A stretch of DNA of 64,000 nucleotides from an uncultured Oscillospiraceae bacterium (GCA_949283785.1 CASDTR010000003.1:2852-66851), one strand, 5' to 3'; numbered from the stretch's first letter, positions 26,884 through 35,622 are shown. Translations and numbers: made by a program. Notes: generated by a model not told the origin, from the sequence alone.

Positions 26884-28182
26884 TTACCGTTCTCTCCTCG
26901 TCTTTTTTATAAGATAACCGCAGCCGCCCTCAAAGGGAACCGTAAGGCTGCCGCCGTCGGTTTTAAATCTTCCAGCGAAGGCGCCGCCTCCTACGGGAAT
27001 GACCTCAGCCTCGTCCCAGCCTATATTATAAGTGCGGCTGCACTTTTTATCGGAATAGGCAAACAGAGTATCTCTGAGCCACACGGCAGGCAGGCAGAAA
27101 GTGCCTTTTTCCTTTAAGATCTCGTTATCCTTTGTTATCTTTTCATCTTTTATATACGACTTTACATCTTGAGAAAAATGCGCCGTCCTGTTTGAAAACA
27201 GACCCGTAACTCTTTTTCTTTCAAAAGAATTAAGATAAAAGTAAGGCACGTTCACAAGGGCAAATTCCTTTAAAAGCTGCTTTTCCCAGTTTTCCTTTCC
27301 GAAAATATCCTCACCGTGGATATTGCCGTAAAACAGCTTTTCAAGGCCCATATCCCACTGAAGGCCCTTTGTAAGCCTGCCTCCCGCCAAAAGCGACGGC
27401 GGATACCTGAGAAAATCTTTTTGAGTCATCCTGAGATTCCAAACGGCAGGAATGTAACCTATAATGTCGCTTTTTCCCCACTGCGAACGCAAACCGAAGG
27501 CCCTCTCACGGTAGATAAATTCGGAAGTTATATCGACGCCCCGTTCCGCAAAATATTCTATCATTCTGCGCCTGTATTTTTTCTCTCGTCTTATCGAAAC
27601 TCCTTTTCCGTAATTTACGAAAAATGCGTCGGCGTGAAGGGTTCCGATTTCGTCAAAGGGCAAAAGGGAAAGAAGCCTGTCCGCTCTTCTTTGAAAATAT
27701 CCGCTCTCATATTCCCTGCTGAAAAGCACCTGGTAAGCCTTTCGCGAATTCCAGACTCCCGTGACCTTTGGCTCTCCCTTAAAATTTTTAACTATGAGAC
27801 CGTTTTTAATGTATTCCTCCCAAAGGCCGCTCTCCTCGTAGGCGTCGGAAAAGTTTACATGAAGGGAAACCACCGTGTGATACTTTTTCGCTTCCCTTAT
27901 AAGCCAAATAAGCTTCTCCCTCGCCTCCTCGGCCGTTTCGGTTCCTGCGGCAAATCGGTTTACTTCAAAAAACTCGGGATACCTGTCGTCGTGGCCCAAG
28001 TACTGCCAACCGACAAGATAGATTATTTTAGGCGCTCCCGCCGTAATAATATCGGTCCTCTTTATGATTTCAAGAATCTCATCAAAGGTGTTTATGACCT
28101 TTGAGCCGCCTTTGTTATCGGGAACCGCAACACCAATTTTCATCATCATCGTGCGGCTGTAATCGTAATTAAACTTCTTCAT
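26884..28182 (-). CDS. uncharacterised 432-aa putative glycoside hydrolase (GH101/GH129-like TIM barrel suspected)
   Basis: The segment KIIYLVGWQYLGHDDRYPEFFEVN followed by VSLHVNFSDAY is reminiscent of endo-alpha-N-acetylgalactosaminidase-type barrels. It sits in the operon with 1-9 nt junctions and has no signal peptide. Confidence 0.4.
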   Translation of the reverse strand: MKKFNYDYSRTMMMKIGVAVPDNKGGSKVINTFDEILEIIKRTDIITAGAPKIIYLVGWQYLGHDDRYPEFFEVNRFAAGTETAEEAREKLIWLIREAKKYHTVVSLHVNFSDAYEESGLWEEYIKNGLIVKNFKGEPKVTGVWNSRKAYQVLFSREYESGYFQRRADRLLSLLPFDEIGTLHADAFFVNYGKGVSIRREKKYRRRMIEYFAERGVDITSEFIYRERAFGLRSQWGKSDIIGYIPAVWNLRMTQKDFLRYPPSLLAGGRLTKGLQWDMGLEKLFYGNIHGEDIFGKENWEKQLLKEFALVNVPYFYLNSFERKRVTGLFSNRTAHFSQDVKSYIKDEKITKDNEILKEKGTFCLPAVWLRDTLFAYSDKKCSRTYNIGWDEAEVIPVGGGAFAGRFKTDGGSLTVPFEGGCGYLIKKTRRER

Positions 28183-28191
28183 TATAACCTC

Positions 28192-29247
28192 TTAAAATTC
28201 AACGTGATGTACTTCAGCCTCGCCGTTTGCTGCGATATCTATTACCGTTCCTCCCAGCATATCGAGATCAATATAGCAGTTGTAAGAGCTCTTCATAACA
28301 TAGCAGAGACCTACGCCCTTATATTCTCCGTAAAAATTATTTATGTGGTCATGGCCGGCAAATATATGCGTTCCGCCGTTGGCCTTAAATACATCGAAAA
28401 AGCCCGAGTCGGTTTCGGATATGGTAGGCTCCTCATTCTTCTCCCCGAACTCATAGTAGGTTTCGTCGAGCTCCTTAAATTCGGGAAGGGCTATGTGCAT
28501 GAACGCCATGTTTTTTACCGCAGCGCCCTCTTTTTCCGCAATTCCGTTCACTGCCCATTGATACCATTTGATCTGCTTTTCGTTTATTGTGCCGTATCCT
28601 TCTCCTATGGGCTCTCCGTTATCGAAGAGGAAAAGGGAATACACTGCTTTGCCGTCCTTTTCCAAACTTATTATGTAGTTGCCCGCTCCGTTAAGGCCGG
28701 AAGGACCGTACTGAAAGAGACAGTACTCGCCGGCAAGGTAAATATCGCAGAGCTTTGCTTTATCAGCCCTGCCCTCCATATCGTGATTGCCGAAAACGGG
28801 AGCCCACGGGATCTCAAAGGAATCCATAAAATCGACAAACTTCTGTGTGGCAATGTCGTTCCACTTTGTGAGAACCTGGTCGCCCGTGACGATGATAAGG
28901 TCGGGATTTTCACGTTTTATCATGTGCGAAAGGCGTATTCTTCCAAGGCCGTCAAGTATGTAATTTGTACCGATTGCAGCGCCGAACGTTGCATGATTTC
29001 GAAGATGCACATCAGTTATGACAAGGGCCTTAAAATTATCGCCCTTCATTTCAAGATTCTCGACAAATCTTTCGTCAAAGGCCGTGTCCTCGCTCCAGTC
29101 ATATCCCTTTGCTTTGCCTTTCTGCTCATTAGCGGCAACTGCATAAAAGACAATGTTACAGCTTACGGCAATGACGGTAAAAATGACAATCGGGGCAATA
29201 TAAATTCTAAACCCGGCCGATGTAAAAAATCTTTTCGTAACGGACAC
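28192..29247 (-). CDS. membrane-anchored calcineurin-like metallophosphoesterase (copy 2, first gene of the operon)
   Basis: It has an N-terminal TM segment (IYIAPIVIFTVIAVSCNIVFYAV) and the motifs ITDVH, VTGD, GNHD, GHDH. The start is uncertain: the only in-frame ATG/GTG/TTG is GTG 29247, which directly abuts AAGAGGA. Confidence 0.8.
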   Translation of the reverse strand: MSVTKRFFTSAGFRIYIAPIVIFTVIAVSCNIVFYAVAANEQKGKAKGYDWSEDTAFDERFVENLEMKGDNFKALVITDVHLRNHATFGAAIGTNYILDGLGRIRLSHMIKRENPDLIIVTGDQVLTKWNDIATQKFVDFMDSFEIPWAPVFGNHDMEGRADKAKLCDIYLAGEYCLFQYGPSGLNGAGNYIISLEKDGKAVYSLFLFDNGEPIGEGYGTINEKQIKWYQWAVNGIAEKEGAAVKNMAFMHIALPEFKELDETYYEFGEKNEEPTISETDSGFFDVFKANGGTHIFAGHDHINNFYGEYKGVGLCYVMKSSYNCYIDLDMLGGTVIDIAANGEAEVHHVEF

Positions 29248-29380
29248 TCCTCTTTTATCTGATTTTATCAGAACATGTTATTCGTCGCATTAAAATCAAA
29301 ACCTTATCTTTTTGTCTTGACTTTCAAAACGGTTTGGATTATTGTAAAGCTCGTAATGGCAGACAAAAGCTAAACCTTGT

Positions 29381-29409
29381 TTGACAATATTTTATTCATA
29401 TTATATAAT
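29381..29409 (+). promoter_or_regulatory. consensus sigma-A promoter of the AraC-family regulator
   Basis: TTGACA (29381-29386), 17 nt, then TATAAT (29404-29409). Confidence 0.65.
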
Positions 29410-29482
29410 CGTTGCGTAAAAAATAGTTTTGAAAATCGTCCAATTTTTTTAGAAATCCTATCATGAAAAAGAGTTGATTTTT

Positions 29483-30331
29483 ATGAAGTGCAGCGAAAAA
29501 GGCGTACTCAATAAATCAGACGTTTATTTCTTCTCACCTTCTCCCAAAGCCAGAACATATCTGTTTTACCCTCTTTCAATGGGCCATTTTTTCTGCGTAG
29601 ACGGATATCATCTCATCAGAGAGCGGTACGACAGTTTTCTTGTCACATATATTATCGAAGGAACCTTCAACGTATATCTCAACGGCGAAAAGGTGGCAGC
29701 TCCTGCCGGCTCAACGGTAATACTAAACTGCTATGAACCCCACGAATACGACACCGATTCCTTTTTTGAATCCATATGGCTGCACTTTGACGGTCCCGGA
29801 GCTCTTGAGCTGTACGAGTACATAACATCAAACGCCGGAAACATCATAAACTGCGCAAATCCTAAAGCGGTCAAAAAATCCATGAAGAATCTTTTTCAAA
29901 ATATAGGCGGTAAAAGAACCGCTTCTGAAAGCGCCATGTCATCGGAAATCTATTCATTACTGTGCGAGCTGCTCAACGTTACCGACACAAACATCAGGAA
30001 GAACGTTGCAAACGAAAAGAGCGTTGCAGAAGCTCAAAAATACATAAGTGAAAATCTGGGCGATCATCTGACGGTAGCCTCAATTGCCAAACAGGTACAC
30101 ATGAGCGTCTCACATTTTTCCCGCGTATTCAAGCAGCAGACAGGGTATTCCCCTTACGACTATGTTTTGGTAACAAGGCTCAACGTTGCGAAAAACTGTC
30201 TGAGAGAGACAAATATGAGCATCTCCGAAATAGCCTACAAAACAGGATTTAACAGTGAATCGAATTTTATATTTTTCTTCACATCAAATACGGGAATCTC
30301 TCCCGGAAAATTCAGAAAGCTCAACTTCTGA
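29483..30331 (+). CDS. AraC-family transcriptional regulator (cupin sensor + HTH)
   Basis: The C-terminal AraC double HTH is present (SIAKQVHMSVSHFSRVFKQQTGYSPYDYV...ISEIAYKTGFNSESNFIFFF). It is divergent from the 13-gene operon. ATG 29483 is preferred to TTG 29474. Confidence 0.88.
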   Translation: MKCSEKGVLNKSDVYFFSPSPKARTYLFYPLSMGHFFCVDGYHLIRERYDSFLVTYIIEGTFNVYLNGEKVAAPAGSTVILNCYEPHEYDTDSFFESIWLHFDGPGALELYEYITSNAGNIINCANPKAVKKSMKNLFQNIGGKRTASESAMSSEIYSLLCELLNVTDTNIRKNVANEKSVAEAQKYISENLGDHLTVASIAKQVHMSVSHFSRVFKQQTGYSPYDYVLVTRLNVAKNCLRETNMSISEIAYKTGFNSESNFIFFFTSNTGISPGKFRKLNF

Positions 30332-30337
30332 TTATAT

Positions 30338-30369
30338 GCGCCCCGTAAAGGAACTCTTTACGGGGCGCC
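30338..30369 (+). other. 13-bp perfect stem-loop between the araC-like gene and GH35 (no U-tract)
   Basis: gcgccccgtaaag-gaact-ctttacggggcgc. It is followed by cgcaataaaaac, so it is not a canonical intrinsic terminator. Confidence 0.5.
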
Positions 30370-30401
30370 GCAATAAAAACATATTCCGAAAGGAGCTCCA
30401 C

Positions 30402-32522
30402 ATGGAAAAAATTTTCGACTGCGGCAGTCTTGTTGAAATTAAAACAGGACACCTTAAAATCTCCGAAGCCGACTGCGACATCGGATTTACAAACCGATAT
30501 CTCACAAAGGACGGAAAACCGTGGGTCCCCGTTATGGGAGAATTCCATTTTTCAAGGTACCCAAATGAAGAATGGGAAACGGAAATACTGAAAATGAAAG
30601 CAGCCGGCATAAACATCATAAGCACATATCTTTTCTGGATTCACCACGAGGAAAAAGAGGGAAAATTCGATTTTTCAGGAGACAGAAATATTAAAAGCTT
30701 CCTGACTCTGTGCCAAAAGCACAATATGTATGTCCTTTTAAGGATAGGCCCATGGTGCCACGGAGAAGCAATTTACGGAGGCTTCCCGAAATTTATTCAA
30801 AAACGGGCCGACAAGAGAAGCAATTCCCCTAAATACCTTGAAAAGGTGGAAAAAATATATACTCAGTATTTCCTTCAAAGCCGCGAATTCTTTTATCCCA
30901 AAGGCTGCGTTATAGGCATTCAGCTCGAAAACGAATACGGCGGAAGAAATAAGGATCATATACAAGTTTTGCGTGCTCTTGCCCTTAAGGTCGGCTTTAA
31001 GCTCCCAATTAACACCTTTACGGCATGGCCGATAATTTCAGGCGCAAAAGATAATCTGCTGCCTATGTTCGGAGGATATCCCGAAAGGCCCTGGGTACAG
31101 AACAACAGACCCCTCGAAACAGACGGAAGATTTAAGATCATTGACTGCAAAACCGACGACGGCATCGGCTGCGATATATTAAAGCCCTCCTCGACGGGAG
31201 AGATAACGTATTTTGATTTTCCCTACGCCACATGCGAACTCGGCTGCGGAAACCAGGTGACGGAGCACCGCCGTCCCATTATCTCCTCTTCCGACGCGCT
31301 GGCAATGCTGATTGTCACCTTGGCAAAAGGGCTCAATTTCCCGGGCTACTATATGTTCCACGGTGGAAGGAACCCTTACGGCGGACTTTATCAGGAAAGC
31401 CGCAAGACCCTCTATCCCAACAACTGTCCCGTTATCAGCTATGATTTTCAGGCTCCCGTCTCGGAATACGGCTTCCTGCGGGAATCATATCATCGCCTGA
31501 AGCTAGTGCATTACTTTCTCGACTGCTTCGGTGAGAGTTTTGCCCTTACCCAGAGCGTTTTTGCCGAAAAAAACGGAGACGAAACAGACGAAAAAATTTC
31601 AGTGCGCATATCTCCTGAGGGCAGCGGATATGTGTTTATCAACAACTATCAGCGCCTTGAACCCTATAAAGACATAAATGACCTTTCGGTCAAAATACTT
31701 TTAGGCAGCAAGGAAATAAATCTGCCCGAAATATGTGTTAAATCGGGCGTGTCCTTCTTTTATCCCTTCAACCTGAAAATCGGAGACGCTTCCTTTGATT
31801 TTATTACCGCACAGCCCGTTTGCAAAACAACGGAAAAGTGCAGGGAAAAGTATTATTTCTTTTCTCCCGACTATGTCTCATGTCGCTTTAAAACAGGCGA
31901 AAAAGTAGAGACGCAGGCCAAAAAAGAAGGTGAAACTTATATCCTGACGGATTTTTCAGCAGATGTCCCGGCAGTTAAAACCGAAAACGCCGACATATTC
32001 ATTTTAAGTGAAGAACAGGCACAAAAGCTCTGGTATATTGACGGCAATGTGCTTTTCAGCGACGGAGCCGTAATCAGCAATTGCGGAAAGCTTTACGCCA
32101 TAAAGGAGTCCTCCCGCACGGCTCCCGACATCTTTCTTAAACCCATACATGGCAGAAGGGTAAACTATGAGCACTATCTTTACTCCCACGGCAAAAAGAA
32201 AACATATGAACTTCACATCCCTGCGCAAGCCGTAAATGATTTTTATGAGTGCAAAATCGAACTGGATATGAAGGGAAATGTCGCCCAGTGCTACTGCGGC
32301 GGACTGCTTATGGCCGATCTGTTCAACTACGACGGCATCCTTACAATCGGCACAAGACGTTTCAGTGAGGAAATCAAAAAGGGACTGCCCGTTATAATCA
32401 GGGTATCGCCCATTGATAAGCGCAGAAGGATCTATTTTGAGCATCCCATGGAGCGGGAAATCGCAGAGCTTAAAATAAAGGACATCACCTGCTTCGATAA
32501 AACCCCTTTGGAAAACATATAA
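30402..32522 (+). CDS. GH35 family beta-galactosidase, cytoplasmic
   Basis: The GH35 N-terminal domain is present (GEFHFSRYPNEEWETEILKMKAAGINIISTYLFWIHHE...; acid/base region QLENEYG). I moved the start to ATG 30402 behind AAGGAG. The track's 30255 start would overlap the araC-like gene. Confidence 0.88.
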   Translation: MEKIFDCGSLVEIKTGHLKISEADCDIGFTNRYLTKDGKPWVPVMGEFHFSRYPNEEWETEILKMKAAGINIISTYLFWIHHEEKEGKFDFSGDRNIKSFLTLCQKHNMYVLLRIGPWCHGEAIYGGFPKFIQKRADKRSNSPKYLEKVEKIYTQYFLQSREFFYPKGCVIGIQLENEYGGRNKDHIQVLRALALKVGFKLPINTFTAWPIISGAKDNLLPMFGGYPERPWVQNNRPLETDGRFKIIDCKTDDGIGCDILKPSSTGEITYFDFPYATCELGCGNQVTEHRRPIISSSDALAMLIVTLAKGLNFPGYYMFHGGRNPYGGLYQESRKTLYPNNCPVISYDFQAPVSEYGFLRESYHRLKLVHYFLDCFGESFALTQSVFAEKNGDETDEKISVRISPEGSGYVFINNYQRLEPYKDINDLSVKILLGSKEINLPEICVKSGVSFFYPFNLKIGDASFDFITAQPVCKTTEKCREKYYFFSPDYVSCRFKTGEKVETQAKKEGETYILTDFSADVPAVKTENADIFILSEEQAQKLWYIDGNVLFSDGAVISNCGKLYAIKESSRTAPDIFLKPIHGRRVNYEHYLYSHGKKKTYELHIPAQAVNDFYECKIELDMKGNVAQCYCGGLLMADLFNYDGILTIGTRRFSEEIKKGLPVIIRVSPIDKRRRIYFEHPMEREIAELKIKDITCFDKTPLENI

Positions 32523-32526
32523 TGAC

Positions 32527-32562
32527 AAATTCCCTGCGGACAGATGCCCGCAGGGAATTTTT
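32527..32562. terminator. bidirectional intrinsic terminator (GH35 on +, membrane protein on -)
   Basis: A 13-bp stem, aaattccctgcgg (32527-32539) / ccgcagggaattt (32548-32560), runs into ttttt. Confidence 0.75.
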
Positions 32563-32565
32563 ACA

Positions 32566-33174
32566 TCAGTTCTCTTTTTCCGCTCCGCTGCTTTCGGCGG
32601 GATTTTTTTCGTTATCCGGCTTTTTCTTAAAGGGGAAATTCAGATACCTGTTAACAAAAATCGAAATCACGATACCTATTCCCGTATCGAGGAGTCTGTT
32701 CACAGCATAGGTAATTGGGGATTTCTGCCCTATGCTGATCAATATTACGAGAAAAGTTATAACCGAAATCGAAACGGCGTTCTGGAGCTTTAAGAGGTTG
32801 CAGATATAAATGAGAAACACAACGCCTATAGCAATGAGCAGTATATTCAGCATCCTTACAGGTACCCTTAAATTTATCAGAAGGAAAAGCAGTCCCGCCG
32901 CCGCGCCTATGGCCGTGCCGTAAATACGGCTTTTGCCGCTGCTCACGGAATCCGCCACCGTAGACTGCATTACGACCACCGCCGCAATACAGGCGAACAT
33001 TGGGTCCTGACGGTTTACCAAAAATGTCAGAAACTCAAAAAACTCTCCTTCAAATTCGTTGGTTATCTCGGCCAAAAGGGGGAAAAGCACATAAACCACC
33101 AAGCATAAAAGCACCGATACGGCGGTTTTTATGTTGCGCATACCCGGCAAAGGAAGCTTTTTTGCATCTTTCAT
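32566..33174 (-). CDS. FUSC/aromatic-acid-exporter-like integral membrane protein (short form)
   Basis: A 202-aa protein with 5-6 TM helices. The N-terminus PGMRNIKTAVSVLLCLVVY resembles the ArAE/FUSC-family start. Confidence 0.5.
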   Translation of the reverse strand: MKDAKKLPLPGMRNIKTAVSVLLCLVVYVLFPLLAEITNEFEGEFFEFLTFLVNRQDPMFACIAAVVVMQSTVADSVSSGKSRIYGTAIGAAAGLLFLLINLRVPVRMLNILLIAIGVVFLIYICNLLKLQNAVSISVITFLVILISIGQKSPITYAVNRLLDTGIGIVISIFVNRYLNFPFKKKPDNEKNPAESSGAEKEN

Positions 33175-33219
33175 CAGAACATCCCCCTTTTAACTCATTT
33201 CTAATTTTCCGCTTTGCGG

Positions 33220-35622
33220 TTACATTATACCGTGAATTTTCAGTATTTCCTCAATGGGTCCTTTGTAATCTCCCGAACACGGAATTGTCTTTCCGGGATT
33301 TTTGACGAAATCGGTAAATCTTTCCGCCTTCCAAGCAACATGAGCCTGGAATTTTGTGATAAGCTCAATGAGCTCCTCAGTTATATTGCGGTTTTCGAGA
33401 GCTTTAACGCCCTTAACCCTGATTTCAAAAGCGCTGTCAGGGGTCACAGCCTGAACCTTGACTGAAATACCCATATTATTTTTTTCATAGGCAAAGCCTG
33501 CCGACTTTCCGTTTACAAAAACTCCCGCCGCGTCGGCAATATCTCTGAATGTGATTTTTGCCTCCCTGTTTTTCGGCAGGGATGAAGCATCCCCTTCGGC
33601 CGCGTTCCAGGAAAATACGACTTCGTCTTCCGTCTCCTTTACCTCAAGCTTCGTAACGGCAAATCCGCCTTTCTCAAATTCCTTCGTTTCGCCGTCGTCC
33701 TCGTAGAGATTGAAGCTGCCGTTTCCTCTGTAAACAAGAATTTCAAGGCTTTCCGGATTCTTCCAGTCGTTCTGCCTGTCCTGTGTTCCCATGGGAATTA
33801 CGGCTCCCTCTTTTGCCAGAACAGGGATGCTCTCTACGCCTCGGTACATATCGTAATATCTTCCGCCCTTATATATCCTTCCCGTAAATATGTCCGTAAA
33901 GCGTCCCTCGGGAAGCCATACTCCGGCGCAGGAAAGATTTGTGTCCGACGAAACGGGACTCGTAATAGGGGCCGCTATAAGCTCGCTTCCGAAGAAGTAT
34001 TCGTTTTTTACGTTATAAGCTTCCTCTCTTTCGGGATAAGAATAATATATGGGCTCGCAAAGGGCCGTTCCCTTTGAATAGGTCCTGTAATTCATCGAAT
34101 AGATGTAGGGGATAAGCCTGTGGCGTAAACGTAGGTTTTCCGTAGCGATTACACGGGCGTCCCAGCGGTATTTCCAAGGCTCCTTGCCCATAAACTCGTT
34201 GCTTGTTGAGTGAAGGCGCATTATGGGGCTGAACACTCCGAACTGGACCCACCTTATATAAAGCTCGTCGTCCTTTTTACATTTATGATGTCCGCCGATA
34301 TCATGACTCCACCAGCTGTATCCCACATTTGCCGCAGTAGCGGTGAAATATGGCTGGAACCTGAGGCATTCCCACGAGACGCTTGTGTCTCCCGAAAAGC
34401 CCAGAGGATAGCGGTGGCTGCCCTCTTCTGCGTACCTCGAAAGGATAAGGCCGCGCTTGTTCTTATCGGAGTTATCGAGATAATGGTAGTGGTTGAGCGC
34501 CCAAAGGGGATCGAGGCCTTTAAGGCGAGTGTTCTTTCCCTGCTGCCAGTCTATCCACCAGAAATCCACGCCGTCTTTTTCGTAGGGGTGGTGGAGATAT
34601 TTAAAATATGCCTCCACATACTTTTTATCGGTTATATCGAAGGGGATCTGCTCTTTCTTATCCCTGTCATAGCCGAGTTCGTCGGCCATTTCGTCATAGG
34701 CATCCTCAAACCATCTGACGCCCGTGGAAGGATGTATGTTAAGGGTGATTTTAAAGTTCATGTCCTTGAGCTGACGAAGGAAGCCCTTGTAATCGGGGAA
34801 GAGCTCGGTATTCCAGCTGTATCCCGTCCAGCCGTCGCTCACATACATCTCCTGAATGGTCTTGGGCGGGATTTTGTTTTTGGCGCTTTCTCCGAATTTT
34901 CCCACAACGTCTACCCAGTGCCAGTCCATATCTATGGTAGCAACGGTAATGGGGATCTCCTCATCCACAAAGCGCTGCATAAGGTCGAGATATTCCTGCT
35001 GTGTATAGGCCTTATAGCGGCTCCACCAGTTGCCGAGACACCAGCGGGGCACAAGAGGCGTTTTTCCCGTAAGGCGGTAAAAATCGTAAATACAGCCTCT
35101 GTAATCGTTTCCGTAGGCAAAATAATATAAATCCCTCTCACGATGCTTTCGTCTTGAAATGGTTCCGTCCTCTTCCAGCACAAGGGAATCGCTGTCATCA
35201 AAAACAGTTACTCCGCTGCGTGAAATAAGTCCGTCGCCTAAGGGAATCGCTCCCACCGTGGCGTCAAGGGTCCTGTATGTGCCCTTTAGATTTCCTGAAT
35301 GAAAATTCGTCACCTTTCTGCCGTCCGAAAGAACTGCGTAAAGCATTTTTTTAATCATAAGGTCATAGCAGAACTCACTGTGAGCGGTCTTAATATAGAC
35401 CCTTCCGCCTTTTTTCTCAAAGGTACACTTGGGCTTTTCAAAATCCCTGTACCAGACCTTCTGAGTAGGCTTATCCTCAAAATTCATTGTGGGACTGAAT
35501 TCCACACGCACCATTCTGCCCGCAAGAACGCTAATCCTGATATTTCCGTACTGCCTGACACAACTTCTGTCCGTCGCCGCGTGTGATTTAAAGGAAAATT
35601 TGTTTTCAAAAACACTCTCCAT
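33220..35622 (-). CDS. GH31 family alpha-glycosidase (alpha-xylosidase / alpha-glucosidase / alpha-galactosidase-type; specificity unknown), cytoplasmic
   Basis: GH31 catalytic regions are present: IPITVATIDMDWHWVD, GVDFWWIDWQQG (nucleophile region), RYPLGFSGD, WSHDIGGH (acid/base region). It is 800 aa with no signal peptide. Confidence 0.85.
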   Translation of the reverse strand: MESVFENKFSFKSHAATDRSCVRQYGNIRISVLAGRMVRVEFSPTMNFEDKPTQKVWYRDFEKPKCTFEKKGGRVYIKTAHSEFCYDLMIKKMLYAVLSDGRKVTNFHSGNLKGTYRTLDATVGAIPLGDGLISRSGVTVFDDSDSLVLEEDGTISRRKHRERDLYYFAYGNDYRGCIYDFYRLTGKTPLVPRWCLGNWWSRYKAYTQQEYLDLMQRFVDEEIPITVATIDMDWHWVDVVGKFGESAKNKIPPKTIQEMYVSDGWTGYSWNTELFPDYKGFLRQLKDMNFKITLNIHPSTGVRWFEDAYDEMADELGYDRDKKEQIPFDITDKKYVEAYFKYLHHPYEKDGVDFWWIDWQQGKNTRLKGLDPLWALNHYHYLDNSDKNKRGLILSRYAEEGSHRYPLGFSGDTSVSWECLRFQPYFTATAANVGYSWWSHDIGGHHKCKKDDELYIRWVQFGVFSPIMRLHSTSNEFMGKEPWKYRWDARVIATENLRLRHRLIPYIYSMNYRTYSKGTALCEPIYYSYPEREEAYNVKNEYFFGSELIAAPITSPVSSDTNLSCAGVWLPEGRFTDIFTGRIYKGGRYYDMYRGVESIPVLAKEGAVIPMGTQDRQNDWKNPESLEILVYRGNGSFNLYEDDGETKEFEKGGFAVTKLEVKETEDEVVFSWNAAEGDASSLPKNREAKITFRDIADAAGVFVNGKSAGFAYEKNNMGISVKVQAVTPDSAFEIRVKGVKALENRNITEELIELITKFQAHVAWKAERFTDFVKNPGKTIPCSGDYKGPIEEILKIHGIM

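Noticed and set aside
28204-29262. A 352-aa ORF on the + strand that mirrors almost exactly the 351-aa minus-strand metallophosphoesterase gene.
   Set aside because: The minus-strand product has all four metallophosphoesterase motifs and a TM anchor. The + strand product has no motif, no RBS and a low-complexity, Cys/Tyr/Ile-rich composition. Long stop-free antisense frames are expected opposite genes with this codon bias, so I treat it as a shadow ORF.
29297-29381. The direct repeat AAACCTT (29298-29304 and 29372-29378) as AraC operator half-sites in the divergent promoter region.
   Set aside because: It is only a 7-mer shared at about 74-nt spacing. A repeat of that length is expected by chance in a ~230-nt AT-rich region, so there is no statistical support.
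30255-30401. A 49-codon N-terminal extension of the GH35 ORF, overlapping the end of the araC-like gene.
   Set aside because: The extension runs through the araC-like 3' end and a 13-bp hairpin. AAGGAG precedes the internal ATG at 30402, and GH35 homology begins there.
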